A stretch of 36,887 bases of DNA from Atractiella rhizophila. Taxonomy: Eukaryota. The notes under the pieces were generated by a model. That model was not told where the DNA came from. It saw only the letters and a list, made by a program, of their open reading frames with translations, and ran no database searches. The DNA is taken from NCBI GenBank assembly GCA_021432655.1, contig MU271325.1, positions 1 through 36,887 on the forward strand, given 5' to 3'. Positions 1 to 11,887 of this stretch are shown one piece after another. Each line of letters opens with the position of its first letter. Within the stretch, counting starts at the first letter, position 1. Position numbers and translations under genes: made by a program.

Positions 1-456
1 TGTGAAGGAAGAGATGAAGAAGCTGAATCAGGGAGTGGTGGGAGCGAATGAAAAGGTTAACAGTGTGTATGGTATGTGCTGACTTGTCAACTTGGGTTGT
101 TTATTCATTGACTTTATCTTTGAAGCGAAATCTGTCGAGGGTTTGGAATCTGTTGTTGGCATGAGGAAAGAAGTAACTGGAAATTCAAAGACCATCAGTG
201 CGCTTTCTTCTTCAGGTAAGTAATGTGTTTGGAATGCTGGATTTGTGCTCATGAAATGGGTGGCAGTCAATAACGTCGCAGGATCAATCCAGACTATGGC
301 TTGCCGATGCCGTTTGATGGACGAGAAATCGCCAAAGTATTCCGTACCCAACAAGTGAGCTTGGGAGGGATGACTTACGATAAAAAAACTAACAGTGTTG
401 TAGGAAGAGCAATACACTCGGTGGACATTGAGTCCATGAACGCTTTATCAGATTAT
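1..456 (+). CDS. 3' end of a spliced gene entering from the left edge, product unknown
   Basis: GT-AG introns with typical donors (gtatgt ~72, gtaagt ~215, gtgagc ~355) and branch/acceptor signals. The final reading frame is ambiguous (stop near 430 or 456). Confidence 0.35.
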
Positions 457-965
457 CATTCTCTATTCATTTCTCCAGCATGATTCCAGCTTCACGAATT
501 CAAATTCCACAGTTTTTATTTGGTCTCCCCACAAGCACTGACTTGCGTCCTAACTTTCGTGTTATACGCTGTCTCCATTCCTGTTTCCAAAGTGTCTAGT
601 TAGTTCCGGTCGAGCCTTAATATTTTCTTTCTCCACAGTAGCTTTCAAGTAAACCCTTTCGGCTCTTCAATCACCTTTACACTGTTTACACTGTATCACA
701 CGTCTAGCATTGTGCAAGTTGTGTTGTAGCCATATAGAGGGCCATCAAGAATGGCCCCTTCAGATAGAACAGTGTTAATCAATAAACTATCAATATTGTC
801 AATGGTGATAAATATCAAAGTGCACTAAATACTATTACTAAACTAACACTGTGAAGGAACGGCTAAAGTGAACAAGAAAGCTGTGGTATCCACAATCATT
901 CCACGAAGTCCATCTCTTACTTCTATTCCCTCCTCCTTTCTGTATCTCTGCACCACCGTACACCA

Positions 966-2693
966 CTACACCAGCGACACCATCGCGACCACCGCCGCTA
1001 CCAAAACCATGAAGCCCTTTCCGACCGCCACCACACCCGCCGCCGAATTGCCACCCTGCTCCGCCTGGCTGCCCGTCGACTGAGTCGGCGCAGCAGGCGC
1101 GGCCGTCGTGCTCGTTATCGTGAGTGGAACGACGCTGGAGGAGGTGCTGGAGGTTGTGGGGAGGGAGGAGGTGGAGGTGGGGGTTGTGAGGTTGAGAGAG
1201 ATGGGGACGGTGGAGACGGCGGCGTAGGAGGAGGATTGGGAGGCTTCGTACGATTCGTCGTAGGTTGGGTTGTACGTTGTGGCGTTGGAGACGTCGCCGC
1301 AGGTGCCGGGTGTGGTGTCTGTACAGTTACCATTTACCGTTAGGACGTGATATTCATGTGGCGATTAGGAGAGGACTAACAGTAGAACCAGTGGTCAGCT
1401 CTTGAATCGCCTCCCAGACAGTTCGGGTCGGTAACAGAGTAAGAGCAATACTCATAATTCTGTCCAAAAGTCTAGCACCACCCAAACCAAATCAGCGCTC
1501 CTTACTCAGAAAAAGAACGAGGAAAGAGAGCGCACAGCATTCCCGCTCCCAAAAACATGGAATCCACCAAGAACATGCGTATAATCATCGCTCTCCGGAA
1601 TAGTCTGCGGTATCGCGTCGTCATTCGCTACCGTCCGCGTATTCGAGGATCCTTCAAAGAGCTTATTGAACAGGGCCGCGCCGGCAGGGTTGAAGACTCG
1701 CGGGGAACCAAAGGAGTGGACGGCGTGTGCGAGGTTCCGATACCCAAGGTCTACCGCGCCGATTTGTGCGACCATGGCCCCTGCACCACCAGCCCAATCA
1801 CGCCTCAATCACTTCCGCATCCCGATGCACGTGTGAAAAGAGAAAGGGGAGGACGAACCGAATCCGTGCCCCGTCATGCTCCAGATGTGCCCGTTGTACG
1901 TCTCGACCTCTTGCACGACGGCCATGTCGTTCGTCTCCTCTTTCACCTCTAGCCATGCCTGTAACGCTCCGGCGTGCGCTGTGCACTCTGGACAGCCGAC
2001 GTTGATGGAGGACAGGCTGGCGGGCGTCGCGTTGAAGTTTTCCCAGCCGTAGACGCCAGAGAAGACGACGACGGTCTTGTTCATTTCTCTACACAATGGA
2101 TACATCAAATGTCAGCGGTTCGGTCCAAGTTGGATCGCTGCGGCAAAGCAGGTGCGTAGGAGGAGATGACGAGAAAATGTCTCTTCTCTAATTCGACTCT
2201 CATCCCATCCTTCTTGCCCACTGTGCGGAGAAAGGGAAGAGAAGAAACTGACGGAACAACAGCTGCGTATCCAGTCAGACCGTGTGTAGGTGTTGGACCG
2301 AATTGCAAGATGACGGTAAAAGGCGCTTCGGTGCTGCCTGGGAAGTTGGTTTGGAGTCCAGCATCTGCATTCCAGCTCCGCATCAGCTGACGGTGACAAA
2401 ACAAGAGGGGGGGGCGTGCCAGTGAAGAAGTTGGGACAGGAGGCGAGGTATGCTCCGTTGTAGGCAGCCATGGAGAGGAAGGCATGGTATCGCTATTTCG
2501 AAGTTGACTGTAAGATGATGGAGAAGGAACAGGAAGGGACAGACGTCATGCCAGTATGGGGAGTCGGCTGAGTACACCATAGCTATTAGAAATAGAGAAA
2601 AGGGAGAAAGGAAAGCGCACCTGATGTATCTTGCCCCTTGACGGCGGCGAAGAAGCTGAGGGCGGAGAGGAGGATGGCGCGGCGGGACCACAT
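966..2693 (-). CDS. Secreted class-3 lipase-fold protein (multi-exon), Ser-less nucleophile elbow, Ser/Thr/Pro-rich stalk and putative GPI signal
   Basis: Spliced reading: signal peptide MWSRRAILLSALSFFAAVKG-QD, then SPYWHDRYHAFLSMAAY, GYAAVVPEMNKTVVVFSG, WSMTGHGFGAMVAQ, SFGSPRVFN, VANDDAIPQ, DYTHV, DHWFY. C-terminus GGNSAAGVVAVGKGFMVLVAAVVAMVSLV*. Motif order matches the Lipase_3 family. Confidence 0.85.
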
Positions 2694-3044
2694 GTCTGCC
2701 GACTGGACTAACTGATAATAATGTTAATGGATCGCAGAGGAGTGGATGGATGTCCGATGGGAGGGAAGGGTATTATAAAAGTAAAGAGAGTAGCTGCGTC
2801 GCAGTGGCTGTTTGTCAGATTGACGGGCCATGTCTGATCTATATTTAGCTGCTGAGAAAATGATCTCCCAACTTTGGAAGGTAGATTTAGTTCGGACGAT
2901 AGAGCACTCTTGGCGTAATTTTTGTTGTCCTCTGCCTCATATTAATCGACCATCGATATTCTGTCAATATCTATAGCTTGCTCTTCACTGAGAAGCTGAC
3001 ACTCTCTTGTCACACTACACTCTTTCGTTAGCTATTATAGCAAC
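2694..3044. promoter_or_regulatory. Compact divergent (bidirectional) promoter between the two lipase-like paralogues
   Basis: About 350 bp separate the two oppositely oriented ATGs (2693 minus, 3045 plus). TATTATAAAA at 2771-2780 reads as TATA-like on both strands. Confidence 0.5.
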
Positions 3045-4978
3045 ATGTTGGCGTTACTCTCCTTCCTTCTCCTCTTCCTCACTACCGCCCTCGCTCAGGA
3101 TGTATCAGAAGGTATTCTTCCACATTCTTTATTCTCGATGCCTCAGTAACTCATCAATGTCGCGACATAGAGAGCCCATACTGGCACGATGTTCGTCTCT
3201 TCTTCTTCTCTCCTCCTATTCAACAGCAACTAATTTGTGGACATGGAACAGAGATACCATGCATTCCTGAGCATGGCAGCCTACGACTACTCCTACCTCG
3301 AAACCTGTCCTCTCTTCTTCACCGGTTCGTCCTCCCCTCATCACCTCCATCCCTCCATCCTCCCAAAATCATTTCCATAACCCAACCCGAATCCACAATC
3401 ACATGCTAACATGATGTCACATACGACGGGTTGGGTTGGTATTATAGAGGAGGCGAAGCAGAAAAACTTCCCTGGAAACATCGAACCTCCGTTCACCGTC
3501 ATCATTCAGTTTGGACCGACTCTGAAGCAGGGAGTGAGCGGATATGCGGTCGTTGTCCCGTGAGTCTTCTCCTTTTTCTTCTTAGAGTTGGGTCGCCCGT
3601 TTGCTCTCTTTGTTTCTGGTGCGCGCTTCTTGGGTGGGAGGTGTGGACGCCTTCTTGTCAATGTGCCGGTAAAAAGTGAGAGAGCTGAGGGATGGAATCG
3701 GGTGCTTCCACACTCTCACGACAACTCAAACACCCCCTGTTCAAACTATAATAGTGAAGACTACACCATGTTACAACTAGCGATTGTGCAAGAGAGCTAC
3801 TAGTCCTTCCCACGAACCCATTACATTCAATCGCCGAAACTAAACTGACCATTCCTCGCGTTGCAACAGAGAAATGAACAAGACCGTCGTCGTCTTCTCC
3901 GGCGTCTACGGCTGGGAGAACTTCGACGCCAACCCCGCCTCCCTCGCACCTTTGAACGTGGACTGCGACGAGTGCACGGCCCATGCTGCCGCCCTCGAGG
4001 CTTGGTTGGAGATCAAAGAGCTCACGGCTGATATGGCTGCTGTTCAGACTGTCGAGAGCTATAATGGTCATATTTGGAGTTTGACTGGTCATGGGTTCGG
4101 TCAGTTCCTCCTTTGATCCTTCATGGAGGATTAACTGTGCTGATTCTTCTTTTCCTGTATTATAGGCGCAATGGTCGCTCAGGTCGCAGCTATCGATTTA
4201 GGGTACCGTAATCTCGCTCATGCCATTCACACCTTTGGCTCTCCAAGAGTTTTCAATCCTGCCGGAGCGGCCTTGTTCAACAAACTGTTCTCTGGGTGGG
4301 AATTTGCCTCTTTCCTGTTATTGAGCGAATGCAGGACTGAAAAATGGATAGGACTTCGAATACGAGGACAGTGGCTAACAACGATGCGATCCCTCAAGTC
4401 ATTCCTGAGAGCGAGGACTATGTGCACGTCCTTGGCGGATTCCATGTGTTTGGGAGTGGAAACGCCGTTCGTTTCTTTCATTCACTATCCTTTGGATATT
4501 GCTGATGGTTTTATTTCATCGCCAGACGTATGGACAAAACTACGAATATTGCTCGTATTCCGCCTCGGACCCTAACTGTCTAGGAGGCAATTCACGAGCA
4601 GATCACTGGTTCTACTGTTCGTCCCTCCCTCCTCCACTCCCTCCACTAGCTTTTGTCTTATGAATGGAAACAGACACGACGCCCGGGACATGTGGGAACC
4701 AATACAACGCTACGACCTACAACCCAGCATGGAACGAAGCGTACGAGCAAGCCCAAGCCGCGTCATACGCGACCGTATCCACTACGCCGATCAGCCTCAA
4801 CATGACTGCAACTCCTGGGCCGCTTCCCACCAGCACTGTGAGCGAGACTAACCCGACGGCTGCACCCGAGAAAGGAGGTGCAGGACAGGATAGCTCCGCT
4901 GGTACGTTGAAGGTTGAGGGTGTGATGAGGTGGGGTGGTTTGGCGGCGATGGGAGTGGTTGGACTTGCATTGCTTTAG
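3045..4978 (+). CDS. Secreted class-3 lipase-fold protein, paralogue of 966-2693, Ser-less, putative GPI-anchored
   Basis: Signal peptide MLALLSFLLLFLTTALA-QD, then SPYWHDRYHAFLSMAAY, MNKTVVVFSGVYGWENF, WSLTGHGFGAMVAQ, TFGSPRVFN, DYVHVLGG, DHWFY. Thr/Pro-rich tail and hydrophobic end GGLAAMGVVGLALL*. Intron positions match the paralogue. Confidence 0.85.
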
Positions 4979-5229
4979 GTTGAGAGTTCCGGAGAGAGGG
5001 GTTTGTTTTTCGAGTTCGTTCGTGGAGTATATATTCGGTTCAATACCCGCTGATTGCCTCTTTTACCGGGCATGTATGCGTTATTACCATGTCGTTATTC
5101 TCATAGCCTTCATCCGGCGTGTTGTCCTTGCGTGTGTATGCCAAGCTGATGAGTCAATCTCCTGAACACGTCGTTCTGTAACGTATCACTTCAGGATTCT
5201 CTCGATCAGCGTAATACCAAGGCTTCAGT

Positions 5230-7062
5230 ATGACTGATACTGGCAGGCTTCCCTTTCCCCCCGAAATCTGGCTGGAGATCTGCACCCACCTCCCCATCTC
5301 AGACATAGCGTTGCTCAACCAAACAAACAAGGCTTTGCGTGCTTTGTCTACCTCAGCCTTGTATCGAAAGATACCTGGCGACCTCGAAGTTGAAGCTTCG
5401 CGCCTCCTTTGTAGGACTCTGCTCGAGAATCCGGAATTGGTTCAACATGTTCGGCACCTCGCTTTACACGGTGCTCGATTGAGCGAAGACGAAAGCATAC
5501 ATGTTGATGCTGTCAAATTGCTCAGTTTATCGGTGCTTCAACAAAATCTCGAAACCTTTGAGTTTATTTACACTTCCGAGACGCACGGTGGTATGTTCGA
5601 CGTTCTGACCTCGCTGATTCAAGCTTACGGATTGACTGTGCATCAGGATGGTTTCAGTCCGAAGATGTTCTCAAAGACAACATAATATGGGAAACTCTGG
5701 AAAGAGGAACTTACCCTCGACTGGAAGCAGTTTGCGTTCGCGAGTTTCCTTATGGATCAACTGAAGACCAAAATTCGGTTCGTTTGAGCTCCTCTCCCGA
5801 GGTTGACATAAGCTCATGGACGTGAAGCTGTACAAACTCACTCACTGGAAACGCGTATCAGTAACCACCCAAGAGTTTCAACTGGAAGACGGTGAGCTCG
5901 CTCATGGACTGTCATCAAATGAGGGGAAGTAATATGGTCTTGCTGCAGCGGACGGTGAACCTGACAATGACCCTTACACAATTGGCTTGTTCTCTTGGTT
6001 GGCCGATAACCGCTCATTATGTTACCTCGATCTCGAGCTCAAGCTTGACGAAGGGCCCGCAACAGTCGACTCTTGTTCCGTTACTTCTCTCCTCAACAAA
6101 GCATATTGGCCAGACCTGGTGTCTCTCTCCATTTCTGGTGCAGAGTGTCACGACATGATGAACGGTGCAATTCCCGATTACGGCTCCTCTCCGTCAGTGC
6201 ACAAGTTTTTGCAGTCGCATCCTGGCATTCGAAATCTCAAAATTGGTATTTGCTCCGGAAATGATTTTCGAGGCTGTCAAACAATCCCGTTTGCTGCTTT
6301 GCCTCCTGGCGTTTTACCAAATCTGCAATATTTCACTGGTACGAGAAATCACGTCGAGGACCTCGCTCGGATGTATGGGAAGCACGATAAACTCAAACAT
6401 ATTCGCTTGCTTGGGGATTTTGTGGCCATGAGTTGGCCGGATGGATGCGATCCTCCGCAAGACACTTTCACGAAGGCGCTGGAAGCGTTTCCTAATCTTT
6501 TGTCGTTGGACCTGAACCTTGACTATCCAACCGGCCTGGATCCAGACTACCTCTTTTTTGAAACATTGATAGATCTTTGTCCACACTTAAGAACTCTTAT
6601 CTTACCAGACATTTACCACCAAGATCTCGCCAAGTTAAAACACATCAACAGGGTGGAAGGGATTGAAGAGTGCCAGGATGATTACCCCAAGTATTACTTC
6701 TTAGTATCTCTCAAAGTTACTACCTAGAATCAGGGATATGACATTTGACAGGTTCTTGGTCTTTTATGACTGCTCACAAGCCTCGACCTCGAGGAGGAGA
6801 GGCTCGGTACCGCTTCATCTCGAAGGAGAAGGTTGATCCACGTAGTGTTTCGATAATGGAAATGGGTGTGCTGCTCGCAGTCGTTTCTGATGGTACCTTG
6901 GACTACATTTACTATGACAGAAAGCCTTCGTGGTCTCGTTTAGACGAAGCAGAGTGCCTTCCTCTATTTGTGAAACCTTTGCAAGGTGGTACAAATGCCT
7001 TGCGAAATTTCTCGATCATCACTGAGCTTGCTTTACAACAGAATAAGTTTTCACGCAGGTGA
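5230..7062 (+). CDS. F-box protein with degenerate LRR-like repeats (multi-exon; 3' end uncertain)
   Basis: N-terminal LPFPPEIWLEICTHLPISDIALLNQTNKALRAL..LY is an F-box pattern. Later LPNLQYF, FPNLLSLDL and CPHLRTLIL are LRR-like. Introns at about 5591-5646, 5779-5827 and 5892-5948 join the frames cleanly. Confidence 0.8.
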
Positions 7063-7542
7063 AATTCCATGAGCCATCATACCTCAGAAATTCTGATAGG
7101 AGGCGAATAGAAAGCTTCTCGAGAAGGTAGGATTAATGCAAGAACAATTGAAGGTGCCTGATAAAGTCAAGGGGCACCATGAGATTCATGCAGAATGTGT
7201 TTCTTAGCCGCGTAACACTTCCACCGCTCACAAAATAGCTTTCTTAAGAGGGGAAGTTGTTCGTGAGGTGAAGCACAAGGACGTATGATGCGGATTGATG
7301 CCTAGTCTCGAACCAGACTTGCGCTTAGTGGAATCACGTGACCAATTATGTAATTATTGGCATCAATTCCACTCAGACCCACCACCCACCACCCATTTCC
7401 ACCTCACAAAGTCGGGCTCGAGACTAATTGATGCCGGCTAAAAGTCCAAGACGCGATTCTCTTCTCAACGATTGTGAAGCTGTTCCCGACAATGAGGATG
7501 CAGCCATTGGTAATTCGGTGGTTTATTCTGAAAGAGTGAGAC

Positions 7543-8334
7543 CTATAAGTGAAGGGACTCAATGGAGGGGACTAGGGAGGTCAGAGGCAGGTGGGAATTT
7601 AGACGGCCGTCAATTTCTTTCGTCAGGTCAGTTCTTTCCCATTTTGGAGGAATTCTTCCAGTTACATCAAGCGGAGTGGTTGAATCCTTCTTTACGAATC
7701 GAGTAGTTCTATGCTTGCTGTCTCGGCCTATCAGCACAGATTGAAACATACCTTCTTGCCGATTATCTGTGTGATGGATTAGTTGTGTGCTTGGGATCTT
7801 CGAGAAGGCAAACATTCTGCTTCCAATAATCAACTGGCGCAGCAGGTTTTTGTTTCAAGTAACATTGATGCCATGTATAATTCATCTTCGCACAATTGTT
7901 GGGGCCTTTTCCCCTCCAGTCATAAGCTTAACTGCCCAGTTGATTTCGACTGCAGGAGTAGCGTGCTTCTTGTACTCTCGAGGCATCTCATTTAACAATC
8001 CAGAAATGACTCCGCCAGCCCACCATGGTGATACACCGAAAGGGTCAAGCGAACGAGAACCCACCCAACGGATTGATTCAAAGTGACCTGTTATAAACCT
8101 CCACATCATCTGGTTTTGATCAGGCACTGGGTTCGTCTGTCCAAAGAAGTGGCTTTTCGCGGTCCGTTCTTCATCCAAGAGACTGTGTAAGGCATCTACC
8201 TCTTTCGTTGTGTAAAATTCTGGAAAAACGGCGGCTAGGAGCACGCGGCGCACTCTTCGTGACCCCAGAATAGGCACCCCGTCTCGTCGTTGCCAAGTAT
8301 TGCCTATCAAAACGATGAGTACAAACAAGCGCAC
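7543..8334 (-). other. Protein-like fragments of an unidentified or degenerate gene
   Basis: A 150-aa open frame (7882-8334) of globular composition plus a neighbouring frame with a gtatgt donor. No recognisable motif. Confidence 0.25.
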
Positions 8335-8999
8335 CGCCCACCGTACCTCTCATTCTGCTCATTCGTGACGATGACCCATAATCTTCATCTAGTTCGTTGT
8401 CCTCCTGTCCCTGAATAAGCGCACATCAAGACATTGGTCAATTTTACATTGGGGGAGTTCTTATTTCCCGAATTTGAGCTAGGGGATGACCCAGCTGTCT
8501 GCGTAGAGGAGGCCTTGACCATGATTATAGTACTTGTCCCATCCCTCCCTGGTTTATATACCACCGTTACAGTGAAAAATCTCCAGGAACGAGCAACAAA
8601 TGCAGGACTAAGTTGATTCCCTGTGTCACTGTATGTGCATCATGTAAATGCAACCATGAGTCACACCACAGCTGCTTTCCATGACAGCCCCTTTCACTAT
8701 AGGATTGTATGTAACAGAACTGTAGACTAAAGGTCGTGCCTTTTGACTTGATCGCTAAGTTCAGCTTATTTGTCGTTTACTCTACTTCCCTGTTGCTCAC
8801 GTGTTGCCAATTTTCCCGATCAGGCGGAAACATGTTGTTATTATGCAGTAGTACACAAAATGTAGTAACGCCAGCCTCAGCCAGGGCCTGGCCTACGCGA
8901 CAATATCTGACTTATTCTGGTGCCTCAACCCCATCTCCCTAGTCTAGGGAAGGCACGGATATTTCGTTGAATTATCCTCCGAGCTTGAAGCCATTGTCA

Positions 9000-9640
9000 T
9001 TACTGCAGACAAGTAGATACTCGGGGCGACTCACGATACAAATTACTTCGTGGTCTTTCCGGACCATACACAGGTTCCACGCCCTCTCGGAAGCCATATT
9101 GGTCTCCTGCAGCCTGATCCGCTCTGTGTTGAAGTGTGGATTTTGCTGCAACCCGGTCCTTCAAATCTTCATCGTAAGGGCTACCTCTTGGCCTTGGAAA
9201 GGTGGAAGATGTCCAAGGATAAAGTGGAGCGTCATCCGCTTCATAATACGGATGTAGGTTCGGATCATGTATGTCGCCGCTCGGTAAAGTGATAACCGCT
9301 TTACGTGCGACCCTGTCAAATGCCTGATGATGAGAAATCACTCAACCATGCAAAGGCAAGCAGACCATCTCTTAGATTTAGTAATTCGGCTAGAGTAAAG
9401 CGGATGCAAGTTAACCCACGGCATTTCAACGGTGCGGTATGCAGTCTTCGAGAAGTGTGGGTTGTAGATTGAAACCCTTACTCGAGCTCTTCTTAATAGG
9501 AGCTTGGTCTTTAGGCGTATTGCTAACCGAGAGCTGGCTTTTATGCTCAATGAGAGTGGAGCAGCTTTGTACGCAGCAGTATCCTGCAAATAATGCTGGC
9601 TAAGACGCCTGCCTGGTCAACGGAGCTACCAAACCCAGAT
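9000..9640 (-). pseudogene. Possible degenerate HNH_2-type nuclease-domain gene relic
   Basis: Across shifted frames it reads NLRDGLLAFAW / HQAFDR, resembling the fungal HNH_2 'N-G-L-L....H..FD' segment. An upstream AAH-like site is recoverable only with frameshifts. Confidence 0.3.
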
Positions 9641-10501
9641 ACCTTTGTGCAACAAGGAGCTTATGATTTTTCCCTTTTTCTAGGCAATAAATTGAACTGT
9701 AAACTTCGAAAGATCCCTTTATGCAACAAAGGGGGCCTGTACCTTGTTGGGTTTGTCGCTTTTATTCCTTTTAGCTGACAGTTCGGAATGCTTCATAATT
9801 GAGCCCAGACGCAGACGATTGTTTGAAATTTTTTGATGTCCCTAGACTGCACCCGACATCCTGTGCCGAAGCTCTTCCATTTCCGTAACAAGCGATCTTT
9901 GCATACTTCCAACTCATACAACACACTCTTGAATTACTACGTCCCCTATAAGCGAATGAAAGGATGTCTGCTGCCGGTTCCCGACTATCCGCCGCCTGAA
10001 TACCCAAACATATCCTTTTCCATCCAGATTGTGAGCTTCCGACGCGTTGAAACAAGCAATCTTTGGGGAAACTGTACTACGTTGTCGCATTCAGATGTCT
10101 CGTGATCATGAATGAACACAACTAGGAGGCTCTAACTTTGCCATGGGACGAGGAACAGATCCAACACGTTGACTCTCTTATGGCGGCTGTATCTCCAAGC
10201 TTCATTAGTTACGGTCTCATCTGTAACAACATGTTGCAAGACAATCACTCAGTCTTTCCCCATGTTTGTTACTACGGTACAACATCGCATCGAAAGAACG
10301 CGGAGCGGGACCTGTAGTGGGATGTTTGATAGTCCTATCTGGTCCCGGATGTGCATGTGCATGTGAGGCACATCCTGTCCTGTCGGATAAATACTGCCTC
10401 GATCTTAACCTGGTCAGTAATCAAATCCTTCATAGGTCGAATATTCATCTGCGGTAGGTCTCGGATTTTATCCAGTTGACGTGAAACATTACTTTTACAG
10501 A

Positions 10502-10987
10502 ATGTCCTCCACCAATACCACCGACGCTGATTCCCCTATTTCGTTTCCCATTTCGGATTGGGAGAGGATCAACTACTACCACGGTATCTCACCCGACCCT
10601 CCTGAACTTCTCTATCGCTCGGATCTGCAAACAAATCCATTCCCCATCCCTGAAAGTAGCTCCTCCTACATCCCCACCAAGACCGTCCACGGAGTTTTTG
10701 GCACGCCGCTCAAGGCTATTTGGGATGATGTCTGTTCTCACATCTTCGACCTCATAGAAGCTAGGGAAATTCGTTGCTCGGCAATCAAGACAGCACGGTT
10801 CTCTACCGACAACGAGGACGGGACGACGAGTCGTGGTCCTGTTGTTATTTGGATTGCGGTTTATCCCAATTCAACCACCGCTGCGATGGCACACGACGCT
10901 TCCCAAGCCATTCTCGCTCTTCTTCGGGATAAGGAAATTGAGGGAGTGGTGGTAGAGTGGTACGAGGGAGTTGTGCAGAGATTGTAG
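10502..10987 (+). CDS. Intron-free hypothetical protein, probably an N-terminal fragment of a multicopy basidiomycete family
   Basis: YYHGISPDPPELLYRSD...PTKTVHGVFGTPL..IW...GPVVIWIAVYP.ST...AHDAS..IL.LL...GVVVEWYEG.V.RL. I recall this pattern from Agaricomycete hypothetical proteins that are normally longer; not verified by search. Confidence 0.6.
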   Translation: MSSTNTTDADSPISFPISDWERINYYHGISPDPPELLYRSDLQTNPFPIPESSSSYIPTKTVHGVFGTPLKAIWDDVCSHIFDLIEAREIRCSAIKTARFSTDNEDGTTSRGPVVIWIAVYPNSTTAAMAHDASQAILALLRDKEIEGVVVEWYEGVVQRL

Positions 10988-11887
10988 GTCTCTCTCACGC
11001 TTGCACGGGTCTATTACTCTCTCGAACCCGTCGTGGCTCTCTATCATTATGTATCGTTTTGTTGTTGGATGATTGATTCTCGGCTGCGTTCCTGAATGTA
11101 TCCCAACCACGCTTTATCACTAAACAAATGACATGCTCAATAAATATTCTCCGTTGTAATACATCCTAGCCTCTTCAACTCATTAAAAACGAAGTCATGG
11201 AACAGACCTTCCGCATTGTAATATGCTTCACTCGTCACGTTAGTTGACTATCAGATCATCAGATTCCAAGGGGTGGATATTGCAGTGCTGTGGATTTCAA
11301 CTTTTTTCCACGGCGCCAGTAACGTCTTACTGGCAGCCACCATGGAAACGTGTCCTGTCATTACATTGCTCTATGTATTTAATCGTTGGTTTCTATGCAA
11401 ATTGGTTCAGCTACATCAGCGTAATGGTTCCTTTTACTTGACACAGACAGGCAAACAACAGCGCGTTCAATGCACGTGACTTCGATCACGACAAAAAGAC
11501 AAAAAGGCAAGGTATCCTTCTTATATCCTCTTGGTCCCTCCCACGCCTGCGGCTTTTGGCCACCAGCTCATTGTATCAAGGTAACTCAACAGGTCAGTTC
11601 GGCTTCACTCTCGACGGGCGAGAAAGCGGAGCGGGAGGGAGACTTCCTGTTCAGGATCGTTATCCCATCTGGTCCCGGACGTTGTGAGATTCCTTTAGGG
11701 CTGGCAGTTAAAAGTCACTCACTCTCGCCCTGTATCAGTACCACCCGCTCCGATTCGCTTCAGCCTTTGGTTATTCAAGACGGTTATTGACTATTGTATC
11801 GCTGTCTGGTTGGGTCTACAGGTACTTTTCATAGCACCCAAAGGTACGCTTTCTCGTAATTTGTATTGAGGGACAAGGGATAGACAA

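Noticed and set aside
737..760. Small hairpin GGGCCAT-caaga-ATGGCCC and nearby tttacactg duplication
   Set aside because: The 7-bp stem and 9-bp repeat are expected by chance; there is no element context.
1115..1333. Pro-rich minus-strand ORF
   Set aside because: Wrong-frame reading of the last exon of the lipase-like gene.
7334..7360. TCACGTGA palindrome (E-box-like), also seen near 34758
   Set aside because: An 8-mer alone cannot support a regulatory call.
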